A stretch of DNA of 64,000 nucleotides, taken from positions 12,400,001 through 12,464,000 of the forward strand of contig NC_092672.1 of assembly GCF_964355755.1 (NCBI RefSeq), written 5' to 3'. A program made the translations under genes and the position numbers. Numbering within the stretch: position 1 is the first letter of the stretch; each line of letters starts with the position of its first letter. This DNA comes from Antedon mediterranea (taxonomy: Eukaryota; Animalia; Echinodermata). This document shows positions 25,501-40,500 of this stretch, piece by piece. The notes beneath the pieces are model-generated. The model made no database searches. It saw only the letters and a program-made list of their open reading frames with translations, and was not told the DNA's origin.

Positions 25501-28500
25501 CATGATTCATTGATTTCTGATATTCTGTACTTGTGTATGCATTACTAAAAGAGTAGTTAATATATTTTATAATGTATGTATAAACAAATATTCATATTTT
25601 TAAATTTAAAAATTATTACAATACCTATCTACCTTTCTGATATTGTTACTATTATATAATATTTTTTGAGGCAGCAATAAAAAAAAAATTAAAACAGTTA
25701 ATTTGACTTATACTGTACTATGTTAGTTCAGGAGATGAAGTGTGTGTGGGCAGAAACTAGTGTGTTGGAAGTTGGTGGTGTGAGGTGTTCTAAATTAGAT
25801 GTTTTCTGAAGAAAAGAAGTAAGCGGATACGCTTTCAAACAACTCCAAGAAGATTCACACAAAAATAATTACTTTCCAATAAAATAGTGTATATTACAGT
25901 ACATTGAATAAACTCGAGCGGAAAAATAACGCACATAAAAAAACATTCATTTTCTTGTCGAAAAGTGCCCTCTCTAGTTTTCTATTAATTTATTAATAAT
26001 AATTATTAATTAATGAGTAATATGAACATATTTTTAACATTTAATGCTGGAAGCTTGTTCTACTCCTAACAAAGTTTCATACCTCCAAATTTCATCAACG
26101 TATTCAAAGCACTTCAATATTAAATATCACATTTAACATAAAAAAAATCGGGTCTTGGATAGAATTTTGCTTAAAAACATATACAAAAAAACATCGATAA
26201 AAATACTTTTCGTATTAAAAAACATTTGAAACTTGGTATAAATGTTCACTATAGGTTGCCCTATTCACAGAAACAAAATTGCATTCATGAACGTTTTTTG
26301 TTGGTTGTTTTATCAAAATAGTTATTAGCTTGAAATAAATGAGTTCGAATTGTATGGTCTTTCATAAGTGTACATTTTGTAAAAACGTAGATTAAAAAAA
26401 TCAGTGATATGGCTTGATAGTTATTTTTTTTTTTGCAATATGGATAGAGCAACCTATATTGAACATTTATACCAAGTATAAAATGTTTTTGAATACGAAA
26501 AGTATTTTTTATCGATGTTTTTTGTATATGTTTTTAAGCAAAATTCCAACAAAACCTGAATTTGTAATGTTAAAATGTGATATTTATTGAAATGCTTTGA
26601 ATACGTTGATGAAATTTGGAGGTATGAAACTTTGTTTGGAGTAGAACCAGCTTCCAGCATTAAATGTTAAAAATATGTTCATATTACTCATTAATTAATA
26701 ATAATTATTAATAAATTAATAGAAAACTAGAGAGGGCACTTTTCGAAAAGAAAATGAATATTTTTTTATATGCGTTATTATTCCGCTCGAGTTTATTCAA
26801 TGTACTGTAATATACACTGTTATACTATTTTATTGGAAAGTAATTATTTTTGTGTGAATCTTCTTGAAGTTGTTTGAAAGCGTATCCTTTTACTTCTTTT
26901 CTTCAGAAAACATCTAATTTAGGTCTTAAGGTGACAAATATACACCTCACACCAGATTCTGCCCACACACACTTCATCTCCTGAACTAACATAGTACAGT
27001 ATACAGCTCCTGGTCACAAGAAGAACTGCAAACCATTGTGAACATCTTGAACAAAGTTTGTCTGGAATTTGGTCTAAGAATTAGTGCCCCCAAAACAGAA
27101 ACCATTATATGGAACTGGAAAGAGGAAGTTGAAGAATACCCAAGATGCATCATACAAATTGGCGGCGTACACATTAACAACGTAACACACTTTAGATACC
27201 TTGGTGTATGGGCTACCTACAATGATGTTCATATTGGAGATCAAGAAGTAAAATACAGAATCAATTCAGCCAAAGGAGCATTTGCAGAGAATAGGGCATT
27301 GCTTACCAACAGAACGATCCACCTACAAACAAGAATGATGTTTCTTAATGGTCTAGTTAGGAGTAGACTCACCTATGGTTGCCATGCTTGGAGGGCAACA
27401 GGAAGTGAAATGTCCAAACTTAGCACAACATACAAAACCTTCCTAAGAAGAATGCTAGTGAATGGCTTTCAAAGAGTCTGCCCACAAAACCATGTAGACA
27501 TATCCTCAGATGAAGAAACAGATGAAAACTATATAGACTGGCGTTACGTAATTGATAATGACGATCTCTACAAAATTACTGGCTGTCAACCGCTAGAAGA
27601 ATATGTCTACAAGCAACAATTCAACTGGATCGGACATGTAATTAGAAAAGAAAATGAAGATCCTACAAAAAATCTTACTTTTCACACAACACAAAGTAAA
27701 CGAAGAGGTCGGAAGATACCATCAGTACTTGATAGAGTTGTACAACAAAGTCAACTTACTAGATGCAACTTCATTAGAGCCTGCTTCAACAGAAATTTAT
27801 AATTCCCAGCAATGTTTTAACTGTATATATGAACTGTTTTATAAGTTGTTTTGTGACTGTGTAATTTGGTAGTGGTCACTCTCATACTGTAGGCCTACAT
27901 TTAAAAGTAACACATCCAAATGCCAACTTCAAATCAATGGCTACCAGATGTCTCTGTGAGACGGTTATTTGAACCAGTACCAGTACCAGTACCAGTATAA
28001 GTCAAAATAATTGTTTTAAATTTTTTTTTATTGAAAACAATCTGCCTCAAAAAATATTATACAATAGTAACAATATCAGAAAGGTAGGTATTGTAATAAT
28101 GTTTAAATTTAAAAATGTGAAAAAAAACTGAATGTTTATACATACATTACAACTGAAATATATTAACTACTAAGTTATTTTAGTAATGCATACACAAGTA
28201 CAGAATATCAGAAATTAATGAATCATGTGTCTAAATGTGGCATTATTAGGCTAATTTGCTTTGAGAAAAACATTGATGCCATTGGCCTATACAAATAATC
28301 AAGGCAATTAGACAAAATATTTATATAAACAATTATACTAATATTGGTAGGCATAAAAGTGTATATAAACTTTCCTTAAATAATAACAGTATAGGGCCTT
28401 ACCAATTTATTTAATACATAATATATGAACTATATTACACAAAAGAAATATAAATGAATTTATATGGACATAATGATTATCAAAACTAGTCAATATAATT

Positions 28501-31500
28501 AAATTTTAAACTCATTACCAGCATTATAAATACAATTTTAAAAAGATGAGAATGAAAGTGAATATCAGATTCTTAGTCCTCATTATACACAATTTTCTAC
28601 TATTAGTATCACATACTAAAATATAAAACAATCATGTAGCCTTTAATGAATTTACATGGAGGTCTATTCAAATAAATTTAAATAAAAGGGTCACAATATA
28701 TCTTCGTCTCCAGTTTGTAGAAAATGAAGTTAGGATTCCATTTATTTCAACAATAAAAAATATTCAAAATATCCTGCCAGTTTGCATTCAAGAGTACAAC
28801 CTGCTTAGTTTTTAATACGAGTACTACTTTCTATACACATAACTTTGATTTCAGCAAAAAAAAAAAAATCACTGTAATAATGTACTTTAATTACTGTAAT
28901 AATCTAGGTATAGATTATGTTGAGAGGGCCAGTGAGAGGGCGTTCGACTGTACTACCATAAGTCCTCTAGGTGTACACAACTTACTTCTTGTCTACAAAG
29001 TGTATAGTAGTATGCTAATAGTACTATTATTAGATTAGGTAGTTGGGAGTAGACTGGAGAGATACATCTATTTATAAGAGAGTACTGTATATATGGAACT
29101 ATCTGTGTTAGCCGCCTTTGTATTTTTAGATATAATACCAATAGGTACTATGTATTGGGATGCAATTCAACAGTTAAGTTCAAAAGTCCTATGTACTCTG
29201 TATATTGGAGGAAATAAGCATAAGATAAAATAAAGCCTTGACAAACAGGGTGTAAGTCACTATTTTGAATCAGTAGTATGACTTCTTAGGAAGTAATTTT
29301 AAAATTATCATTGTATGATCGAAAAGATAAATATATTATTTTATCTAAGGGGTTGCAAACACAAGCATTCACATGTCTTGTTATGTATTGCACTTTTGTC
29401 CTGTCTTTATGTTGTCCGTAATGTCACTGCACTAATGGGTGACCGGTAAACGAGCTTCTCTCTTACGGTTAACCATCCATATAAGTTGTTCATCTCTTAT
29501 GTTCAGAAATTGAAATGGTAAATAAACTGAAACTGAAACTGTGCTTATGTAGTCCAGGTTGACGAGCCAGGAATGATGGTAGAGCCAGTATACCACGTAG
29601 TTTAGCCTCAAGGCAATACCATGTAGCTGGAGTAGCTTTGACAAATACAGTAGACATTTATGAGACTTGGTGTGTGTTGATTCAGTATGATAAATTTGTG
29701 CTGTGAAAGACAAAATTGTAGAATTATGAAGAAAAAATCGTAAAATATAACAAGGAAATTATACTATAGTATAATTAAGGGGTAACCGTATAATATATAA
29801 TTAATAATAATAAATGCAATGGCAATTACTTATATTATGTATACATTACAATATTACAAATAAATTCATATATTATTTATTATGATAAGGAAATCTGTTT
29901 TATAATGAGAAAAAACCCATCCCAACCCAGATTTGAACCCAGCTATCAATAAAGCTATAAAACAAAATAAACCATATTGTAGCCGGACTGGGTAGCGTAG
30001 ACTTACTAGAGGCCTATGCCTAGTACGATTAGCTAGAAGGATACAGGTCAACCCGTACCCACATGCCAACTCGCTCGTACCCAAATTTTGGTTTACTTAT
30101 CAGGGAAAAATTTCATTTTAAAATTTTGTTTAGCAATTATTGCTAATCAAACTGATTTTTTAGTCGAGAAACATAGTTTTGTATTGTCTTTGTTGCTACA
30201 CAATTTTAGAAATGTGTAGCAATAAGGTTGTTTTGTTTAGCTTTTGCTATGCTACACTGGCGAAATTATTCCCTGCTTATATCCAAAATTTTGGCTTACT
30301 CGTACCCATCATGGGCTGGCTGCCTGGTAGTAGTAGTAGTAGTAGTAATAGTAGCCTAGCCTAAGGCAGTAGGCCCGGCCCTACAACTTAAGTCTAGGCC
30401 TAGCCTAGTACTAGGCCTAGCCTAGTAGCTAGGCCTAGACCTAGTAGGCCTAGTTAACATCATACATACGCCCTAGTAGACTAGAGCCTAGTGTAGTAGC
30501 TACCTCTACTAGCTAGGCCTAGTAGTAGCAGTAGTTGTTATTGTAGTAGTAGTATTATTGTATTGTAGTATTAGTTGTAGCTGTCCGGTGGTCCTTGGTC
30601 ACTTGTCTAGCTAGCTACGTCTAGGCTAGATCCCCTAGTGCCTAGTACGTAGCTAGTAAAGATAATTAGGCCTAGGCCCTAGTTATTCTTCACAGTCACA
30701 TAATTCAGATTCTGCCGCTGATTGCTAGTGAACAGGGGGAGGGAGAGAAAGAGTTAGAAGAAGTGAAATAAGCCGTGACGTATAATAAACATCATATAAA
30801 ATAATAATATAACTAACGAATGCGTATAATATAATAATGTTGTATGTTATAAAGTAAAGTAAATGCGTTTAATATAATACAATTATATTATAATATAATG
30901 TATTTATTAATAATATAATAGTAAATGTGTAGGAATTTCACACACATATTTGCGTGTGTGCGCTCAACGCGTAAAGTTATGCAAATTGCTGTTGTAAATA
31001 TAGCGAACGCGCAACGAGCGATCTCTCTCTCTCTGCGTCAAGTTTTCAACGAGAAGACATCGACATTTTTATGAGCAAACCATTGCGAGTTTTAATACAA
31101 GTTTTACGATAATAATTAGTTGTCCTAATTATTAGCACTATTACATTTTGATATTTAGCGTTTTAACTTTACATATTCTACTACGTGTTACTGTATGTTA
31201 TCGTGTTTCAATTATTGTACCGTTGTATATATTATTGTCCTGAACTAGCCTAGCCTATTAACCTTACACTGCGCACGTACGTACGCGCTTCGTGTGGATA
31301 TGTGGTTTCTACACTCCGTATAGTTTATTTACTTCGAGCCTAGGATACTTCCAGCTTTGGACATCGTTTGACTGCTACAATACTCCATTACCGTATTCTA
31401 AATAGGGTAAGTAAAGACCGAATTACTTATACCCTAAAGTGGTGACCCCGACGTGATTCGTATGGACTAGTGGAGTATTCATCTGTAGGCTGTACTTCTT

Positions 31501-34500
31501 GTATGTAACATTTGTATTATTAGCGATACTCGGCCTATCTAAGCCTATCCTGTGTACGAGGCAGCAAACAGCATTGATCGTACTATATATATAGTACTAC
31601 GTACAACTATTTTTGAAAACATTTCTGTTACACAGTTTACTTTTAATTATAAGGTAGGCCTAAAACAATTATTAATTTTTTGAGGCGAAAATGGAAGATC
31701 CTCCTCCAGCCGAAGCAGCAGTTGCTGTGGATCAAGCGGGAGGTAATGCTGGGGTACCAGTCGCCACGCAACGCGCATTACCTTTAGCGGCATTTACCCT
31801 CAAGCTACCACCATTTTGGGCTAACGATCCCGTGATATGGTTTGCCCAAGTGGAAGCGCAGTTCGCAACTCGCAATATTACCACGGAAGCTACGAAATTT
31901 GCCTATATCGTGGCGTCGTTACAGCCTTCGATCGTCCAGGAGGTACGTGATCTGCTCTTAGCTCCTCCTGCTGAGGGTCCATACAGCAAGTTAAAGGAAG
32001 AGTTAATTAAGCGGACCTCCGATTCGGAGAAGAAACGGTTGCACCAACTGCTCACTACGGAGGAATTGGGTGACAGAAAAACAACACAACTATTGCGCAA
32101 AATGTATCAGTTGTTAGGCAGCCGCACATTAGAGGATTCGATCTTGAAACAGTTGTTCATTCAGCGATTGCCCAATAACGTGCAATTGATTTTAGCCGCA
32201 ACAGGCGGAAACGTTACCGTCGCTCAGATAGCGGAATTAGCCGACAGAATTTTAGAGGTGTCTCCCAGCCAACCCAGAGTAGCCGCAATCTCTAACCCCA
32301 CAAGTGCTAACGCCGACCGAAACGAAATTCAAACGCTACGAGCTGAAATTAACAAGTTGACTGCAATGGTATCATCCTTGGCAAACGATCAACATCGGGA
32401 TAAGAGCAGGAGCAGAAGCCGAAATCGGAACCGTTCTTCCAGTGCTAAACGAACACAAACCAATGAAAATGACTCAGAGCAGTGCTGGTATCACACCCGG
32501 TTTGGCAAGGCAGCACGTAGGTGCAGGTCGCCATGCAGTTTCCAACTTCGGAAAACTCCAAAGCCCGCGAATAACTGCGACGAATTCGTCCGGCAACGTT
32601 TCTGATAGTCGCTTATTTCACATTTATGATAGAGATACTGGACTAAAGTTTTTAGTAGATACAGGAGCCGAGATTAGCGTCCTTCCTGCAACAAAACAAG
32701 ACCGTCAACAGCGAAAAAGTGATTTTGTTTTGCAAGCAGTTAACAACTCTCAAATCAACACCTATGGTGAACGATCTTTAACACTTGATTTTGGTTTTAG
32801 ACGGACATGCAGATGGGTGTTTACTATAGCCGATGTTCCCTCAGCAATTGTCGGCGCAGACTTTCTGCAACATTTTGGTTTGTTAGTCGATGTTAAACAC
32901 CGCAAGTTAATTGATTCTACTACTAATTTAAGTGTGCAAGGTACTGCATCTAAGCTCTGCTCGCTTAGTCCTGTTTTGCCTCGACCTGTGATTGATTCAC
33001 GTTATGAATCAATACTAGGCAAATATTTTCCAAAATTACACGTCCGAGTTTCAAAGAGGCCAAACTAAAGCATGATGTCACTCATCGTATAACTACCAAA
33101 GGTCCATCGATCGCTGCCCGACCTCGGAGATTGGCTCCACAGAAACTCAAAATCGCACGAACTGAGTTCGACCATATGCTTCAGCTGGGCATTATTCAAC
33201 CGTCAAAAAGTTGCTGGTCTTCGCCGCTTCACATGGTTGCGAAGCAAACAGAAGGTGATTGGAGACCATGTGGAGACTACAGAGCCCTCAATAATGCTAC
33301 AGTTCCGGATAGATATCCAATCCCTCATATTCACGATTTCACAGCTACGCTTCAGGGAAAGAAAGTTTTCTCTAAGATTGACCTGGTACGAGCCTATCAC
33401 CAGATACCTGTTGCACCAGAAGATGTGCCGAAAACCGCAATAACGACACCATTTGGGATGTTCGAATTTTTAAGAATGCCGTTTGGACTTAGAAACGCAG
33501 CACAGACATTCCAGCGGTTCATCGATAAAGTTTTACGTGGTTTGGATTTTGTATACGCATACATCGACGATCTTCTCATAGCCAGCAATGACGAACAAGA
33601 ACACGAAATTCACCTCAAGTTGTTGTTCGACCGTCTTGAAGAATTTGGTATTGTAGTTAATCCTGTCAAATGTGAATGGGGAGTTTCGTCTTTGACATTT
33701 CTGGGACATCATATCGATGACATGGGTATCCGACCACTACGTTCCAAGATAGAAGCTATCGAAACATTTCCTGTACCCGACACAGTCCGTAAACTGCGTG
33801 AATTCTTAGGATTAATCAACTTCTACAGGCGTTTTATTCCTCGATGTTCAGATATAGTTCATCCGTTGACTGATTTACTGGCAGGTAAACCTCGAAAATC
33901 AATTACATTACCACCGACGGCGATTACGGCTTTTGAGGCTGTTAAGGTAGCACTTGCAGAGGCAACTTATCTGGAACATCCCGATTCATCCGCCACATTA
34001 TGTTTAATGGTTGATGCATCTAACTTTGCGGTTGGTGGTGTGCTACAACAGATGGTAAAAGACGTCTGGCATCCTATCGCATTCTTCTCGCGCAGAATGA
34101 ATCCAGCTGAAACAAGGTACAGCGCATTCGGACGAGAACTGTTAGCCGCTTACCTTGCTATCCGACATTTTCGTCATTTGCTTGAAGCAAGGGAATTTTT
34201 CATCCTCACAGACCACAAACCGCTCACATTTGCACTGAAAGCAAGCTCGGACCGCTACTCACCTCGAGAGATTCGTCACCTAGATTACATCTCACAATTT
34301 ACCACCGATGTCCGACACGTTAAGGGTTCGCAAAACGAAGTTGCAGACGCATTATCTCGCATCAATCTTAACACCTTTAACACACCTGTCCTTACTGCGA
34401 AGTCGTCAGATGTCATTGACTTCACAGTCATGGCCGAGCAGCAGAAGAATGATGAGGAGTTACTTCGTCATTTGCAGGAGTCAACTTTTGATTTACATGA

Positions 34501-37500
34501 CGCACCAATAGCCACCAGTGATGGAACTATCGTATGTGACATAAGTACGGGCACTCCTCGACCTTTCGTCCCTAAGGAGTTGCGCAGGGCCGTTTTCGAT
34601 TCGTTACATTCACTATCGCATCCTGGAATTAGGGCTACATTGAAGTTAGTGAGTACTCGATACGTTTGGCCTAGCATGAATTGAGACGTACGTAACTGGG
34701 CGAAGTGTTGTGTTCAGTGTCAAAAGGCAAAAGTACATCGCCACACTATTACACCGTTGGGAACTTTTGCCACACCAGACGCGCGTTTCGATCATGTCCA
34801 CATCGACCTTGTTGGTCCGCTTCCACCGTCTGATGGCAACAGCTACCTATTGACATGCATTGACCGTTTTACGAGATGGGCAGAAGCCATACCTATTCCC
34901 GATATTTCGGCAGCAACCGTCGCTAAAGCTTTCGTTTGTAAATGGGTGTCCATGTTTGGGGCACCATCGACCATTACTACCGACCGTGGCAGCCAGTTTG
35001 AATCATCGCTGTTTAATGCGCTAGTGAACTTACTGGGTACGAAACGCATACACACTACATCATACCACCCAATAGCCAATGGATTAGTAGAAAGGTTCCA
35101 TCGCCAACTCAAAGGTTCGCTTAAAGCCCTCGACGACCCTCAGTTATGGTCAGATGCTTTACCGCTAGTACTTCTTGGTCTTCGAACGGTGGTCAAGGAA
35201 GACTTGGGGCTATCGTCAGCAGAATTAGTTTTCGGCACCACGTTACGTTTGCCAGGGCAGTTTGTTACGCCTTCTTCCACTAATGCTGACTTGGACCCTA
35301 GTAACTATATTCATCGACTGCAGCGCATTATGCAAAACATACGTCCAACACCGACGCGACACAATTCTCGTAAGGTACACGTACATACAGATTTAGCTAA
35401 GTGTACACACGTTTTCATTCGCTGTGATAAAGTCCGCAAGCCTCTACAGTGCCCTTACAATGGCCCGTTTAAAGTTGTTAGCAGGAGCGACAAATTTTTC
35501 GTTGTACAACTCGCAGGAAAACAGACTGAAACCGGCTTACTTAGATACGGATCAAACTAATTCTACGGACCTAGTCAGGCAGCAACATCATACGACAGAG
35601 ACGCACATTGCAATCGCACCGTCGCCACCCCGCCAAACTCGCTCTGGACGACACGTACATTGGGCATGACTGTACCTGAATACTTTTTACTAACTTTATG
35701 AACTTATTTTTTCTATCGCTCTCACCTAGCGGCAAAGAGCTAGGGGGGAGCTATGTAGGAACTTCACACACATATTTGCGTGTGTGCGCTCAACGCGTAA
35801 AGTTATGCAAATTGCTGTTGTAAATATAGCGAACGCGCAACGAGCGATCTCTCTCTCTCTGCGTCAAGTTTTCAACGAAAAGACATCGACATTTTTATGA
35901 GCAAACCATTGCGAGTTTTAATACAAGTTTTACGATAATAATTAGTTGTCCTAATTATTAGCACTATTACATTTTGATACGTGTTACTGTATGTTATCGT
36001 GTTTCAATTATTGTACCGTTGTATATATTATTGTCCTGAACTAGCCTAGCCTATTAACCTTACACTGCGCACGTACGTACGCGCTTCGTGTGGATATGTG
36101 GTTTCTACACTCCGTATAGTTTATTTACTTCGAGCCTAGGATACTTCCAGCTTTGGACATCGTTTGACTGCTAAAATACTCCATTACCGTATTCTAAATA
36201 GGGTAAGTAAAGACCGAATTACTTATACCATAAAGATGTTCATAATATAATGCCAAAACCGAATAATATAGTACAAAAAGTCAATAATTTGTTACATTTT
36301 TCACATACAGTAATATATTAGAAATAGATATAATATAATGCTAAAACCAAGTAATATAATGCAAAACGTATAATTCATTACAATACAATATATAATATAA
36401 TAAAAAAATGATATAATAATATAATATTTTGAATACTTCAGACAGCTGAGGCTTGCCATACATTTTAGATGTTCATTAATTATTATACCAAGGAAGTTGA
36501 AATTATGAACCCGCTGAATCTTAACATTGTCAATTTCTATATCCAACGTATCAACACAACGTTTACTCATATGAAATATCATATACTTCGATTTCAACAC
36601 ATTTAAAGATAATTTGTTTAATTTAAGCCATTCACTAACTTTATCAAGTTCAATGTTGAGAATGTTGTTAATTGGATTACATGTCCTGAGGGTGCTTAAA
36701 AGTGTTGTATCGTCTGCATAATTATAGTTTTAAAAATAGTGCTAACGTTTGCGATATCGTTTATGTATATGATAAACAAAAGCGGACCCAGTATTGATCC
36801 TTGTGGAACACCTGTAGTTATCTGTAAAATATCAGATTGAGTTCCATTAATGTCCACATATTGTTTACGATTAGTTAAATTAATAATCCTTCATAAGATT
36901 AAGTGAATTCGAATGAAGGCCATAATGATTCAATTTATGCAACATTATTTTGTGATCCAATGTATCAAATGCTTTTGATAGGTCCAAATATATGTTAAGT
37001 GGTATTTCATAATTGTCCATGTCTTGAATAACTTTATCTACAAGCCCAAGTATTTATTTGAAAGTGCAAAAATAATTGGTTGTAAATTACTTTTTAAAAA
37101 ATTTGGATATTGCAGGGAGCAACGAAATTGGACGATAATTTGTAAAACAAGAGTTATCACCATTTTTAAACAAAGGTATAACTCTGGCTATTTCCAGTTT
37201 ATCAGGAAAAATACCTGTGTTTATCATTTGATTTATAATTATTGTGAGTGGTTTGATTATAATTGATTTAATTGATTTAATTAATTTCGTTGATAAACCA
37301 TCCCAACCACAACTTGACTTTGATTTTAATTTATCTATAATTTCCAAAACTGTATCTTCATTAACATTTTCAAAATGAAAGTTATTTGTTTTATTTGAGA
37401 GAAAATGTTCAAAAGATTTGTTACAGCTGTCAGTATTGATTTTATTTGCAAGGTTTGGGCCAATATTTGTGAAATATAAATTAAATTTATTTGCTATTTC

Positions 37501-40500
37501 TAATTGATTTGTTATTGATCGATCATCATCTTTAAATAATTCAGGAAACTTTCTACAATTTTTTGCTTTTATTTAGAACATCATTTATGGTTGACCATGT
37601 TTTACGAACGTCATCTTTTTACATTTGGAAAAGCATGATTCATAATACATTTTATTTAGCTGTCCTAATATTACATTTAAGAATGTTGTTATATGTTTTA
37701 AGATTTATTTTTAATGTATCATGCTCATTTGATGTTATTGGTGTTCTTTTTAATTTTAGGTGTAATTTATCCCTAAACTTGATAGATTTGATTATTCCAC
37801 TAGTATTCCAATTTGATTTTGTGTGTTTATGTTTATTGAATTTTACAATTTTATAAGGCATACATTTATTGTTAGCAGTCGTTATAAGATTATTCATGAT
37901 ATTATAATTTATGTTGGGGTTTGTAGCAGGGTCATGATCTAATTTTAAAAGTATGTCAGAGTTTTCTATTTCATTAACAAATTTGATGATGTCACTATGA
38001 TTATAACTTTTAACATGGTGAACAGGATTTGCTTTTTTAAGAGATGTATTTAGTATATCAAGACATAGAAAATAAGGTTGATGGTCACTGAATTTCTTAA
38101 TCATAATACCGGAATTAGCACTATTTGATGATTTATTTAATCTGCAGAAAAAGTTATCGATCCGAGTTCCACTTCGGTTTGAAAATCTAGTTGGCAATGT
38201 GATATAGGGGAAATAACTGAAACGTGTCAATGTATCAAACACATTACTAAAACATTCTTTTTCATTTATTTTAAGTAGATTAATGTTTGTGTCTCCAGTT
38301 ATAATAATCTCTTGATTGAGTTTGTCAAAACGTGTAAGTCCAGGGACCAACTCCTGTATAAATCTATTGTAATTTTCATTTAGATCTTTAGGTGGGCGAT
38401 ATATATTACCAAGGAGTATGTTTTTCACCAAATTATTCCCTGTTATTTCAAGAAATTGACCTTCCCATTCAGTATAATGAACAACACTTGATTTCATAGT
38501 GTAATTAAAATCTTTATGTAGGTATATAATCAAACCCTCTTTTGAGCTACAAGATTTACCCTGTGAAATACATACATAATTATCAAGTTCAATTTGTGAA
38601 GTATCGGCAGTGTCACTCAACCATGACTCTTGTATACAAATAGCAGAAAAAAAACCTGTTTAGTTGCTAAATCATTTAAAAATACAACTAATTCATTGAA
38701 TTTAGCATGTATTGATTGGATATTCGTGCTAAGTATACAGAAATTGTTTTTTCGTAACTCAAGAAAATTCAACATAGAATCACAATCATAATATGGAGAG
38801 TGTTTAAGTAACTGAACTGGATTATCACTTAAATCATTTTCATCAAGACACAAAATGTTTTGTAGAGAGTTACCATCTACACCACCATAATTTTGCAATA
38901 TTGAATTATCAAGCGTATTCATCATTAAACTGTATAAAACTTAAATATATTGACATTATCCCAAAATACATAACTATGTTTGGGTCTAAATAATCTAGAA
39001 CATTTCTGTAAGGCATAACAAAAAAAAAAAAAAGGTGAAACATCAGAAAAGATTTATAAAAACAAAATAAATTTGCCAACTTGTATCGCCTTATCTAAAG
39101 GTCAACCAGCTCATATTGTTAGTTATAGAATGTCAATCATTGTTATATATTTATAGTTCAAGCTTTTAAATCGTTTGGGTTCCGAGATAGATCTAGTTGA
39201 TTACTGATGGTAAGTTTTTTCATGCCGTTGGTAAAAATAAAGATCTTGTCGTCAAGTGTCCATGTAGATTTAATGAACTTCGCATATTTGGTTTTTATGA
39301 CTCGTAATAGCTCCGAGCGTTTCAGGGTCAGATTCTCATGTATGAAGTATTTAGTCCCTTTAAATTGCTTCTTTGCATTAAATACTTCTCTTCTTTTGTT
39401 GTAGTTTGAGAATTTAATGATAACACGTCTAGGTTTGTTAGCGTCTGAGACCTTACTTTGTCCTAGTCTATGAGTTCTATCTATGTCGGCAATTCCAACG
39501 CTGACATTAAGCTTTTCTTGAAGCAGATTGATAATCTTGGTATCCGTGCACTCGTTACTTGATTCGGGAACGCAGCAATTACGCCTGGAATATTGTTCAG
39601 CTTTATCACTATTGTTTTCTAAAATCATGATTTTTTCTTCAAGGCCTGCTATCTTATCGTTAGAAAGTCTTATTAATATCAAAGTGTAAAGAATCTCTAA
39701 TAAGATCGGTGAGCTTACCAATTAGATGTTCTTGTACGGAATTGATACAGCTGCAGCAATGTTCTTCATAAATGTGGAGTCAGGTGCTAAGCATTTCATA
39801 AGCTCTAGGTTGATCAGTTCTTTAATTTCTGTTTTTTCAGTAGGCCCAATGGATTCAGCTTGGTTTCCAGATCCACCGGAGTCAGCTACGTTTTCTCCGG
39901 AATCTTTAGGAGTCGGTTTTTTCTTACTACCACCAGCCATCAGCAGTGTAATTGTAATAATGAAATAGGCAGGTGGACGGCTTGGGCTTGAGAGCGTAGT
40001 AATCTGATTGGTTTGTATCTAACAATAGGAGCCGTGAGAGCTACGTTTAGGCACGTCCGTTCGCCATGGCTGCTAATTCATGGCTGAAGAAAGTTAGTAT
40101 TATTATATTCCATATTTATCCTTTTCTATTCATTTTCTAATTCATTAAGAGTGACTGTAAATTATATAGAAAAATTAAGAAAATAATGACTAACTGATTT
40201 CAATTAGGATTAGGATTTAGCAATGAACATCATTTTGAAAGTTTTGATTTTAGCGTCTTGTATAATCTAAAATTCGTCAGCTGTACATGATGTTTAAATA
40301 TCCTAATTTATATGGTGTTGGTTAATAACTATATAAATAATATAATTTATGAATTTAATAAACATATTCCTACGACTAGAAATTTCGTTTAGATTCAAGT
40401 AAACTTTCATGAATACTGAATTTGTAAATCTGTATTTATCAAACCGCCTTCAAAACATAATTGCAAATTCCAACAATACACTCTACGGTACATTCAATAA

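Larger units (their letters stand above)
30928..36234 (+). mobile_element. Ty3/Gypsy LTR retrotransposon, CsRn1-like clade
   Basis: LTRs 30928-31438 and 35754-36234; tRNA-Trp PBS; PPT agagctaggggggag; Gag with CHCC motif; PR-RT-RH-IN order. Confidence 0.92.
20611..36460. mobile_element. Foldback IS3EU-like element, copy 2, carrying four nested insertions
   Basis: Same termini as copy 1; 6-bp TSD CATTTT (20605-20610, 36461-36466); spacer ~26260-26448. Removing it restores LINE coding sequence EHLKWNSHG. Confidence 0.85.
19769..40085 (-). mobile_element. Full-length but disrupted LINE of the CR1/L2 group, split by the insertion 20611-36460
   Basis: ORF1 39940-39158, APE endonuclease 38925-37652 (GNIYRPP, GDTNIN, SDHQP), RT 37650-36461 ([24 protein letters not shown]), resuming at 20610-19986 with a terminal CxxxNCYIC. 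Host intron sequence resumes at 40086. Confidence 0.9.
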
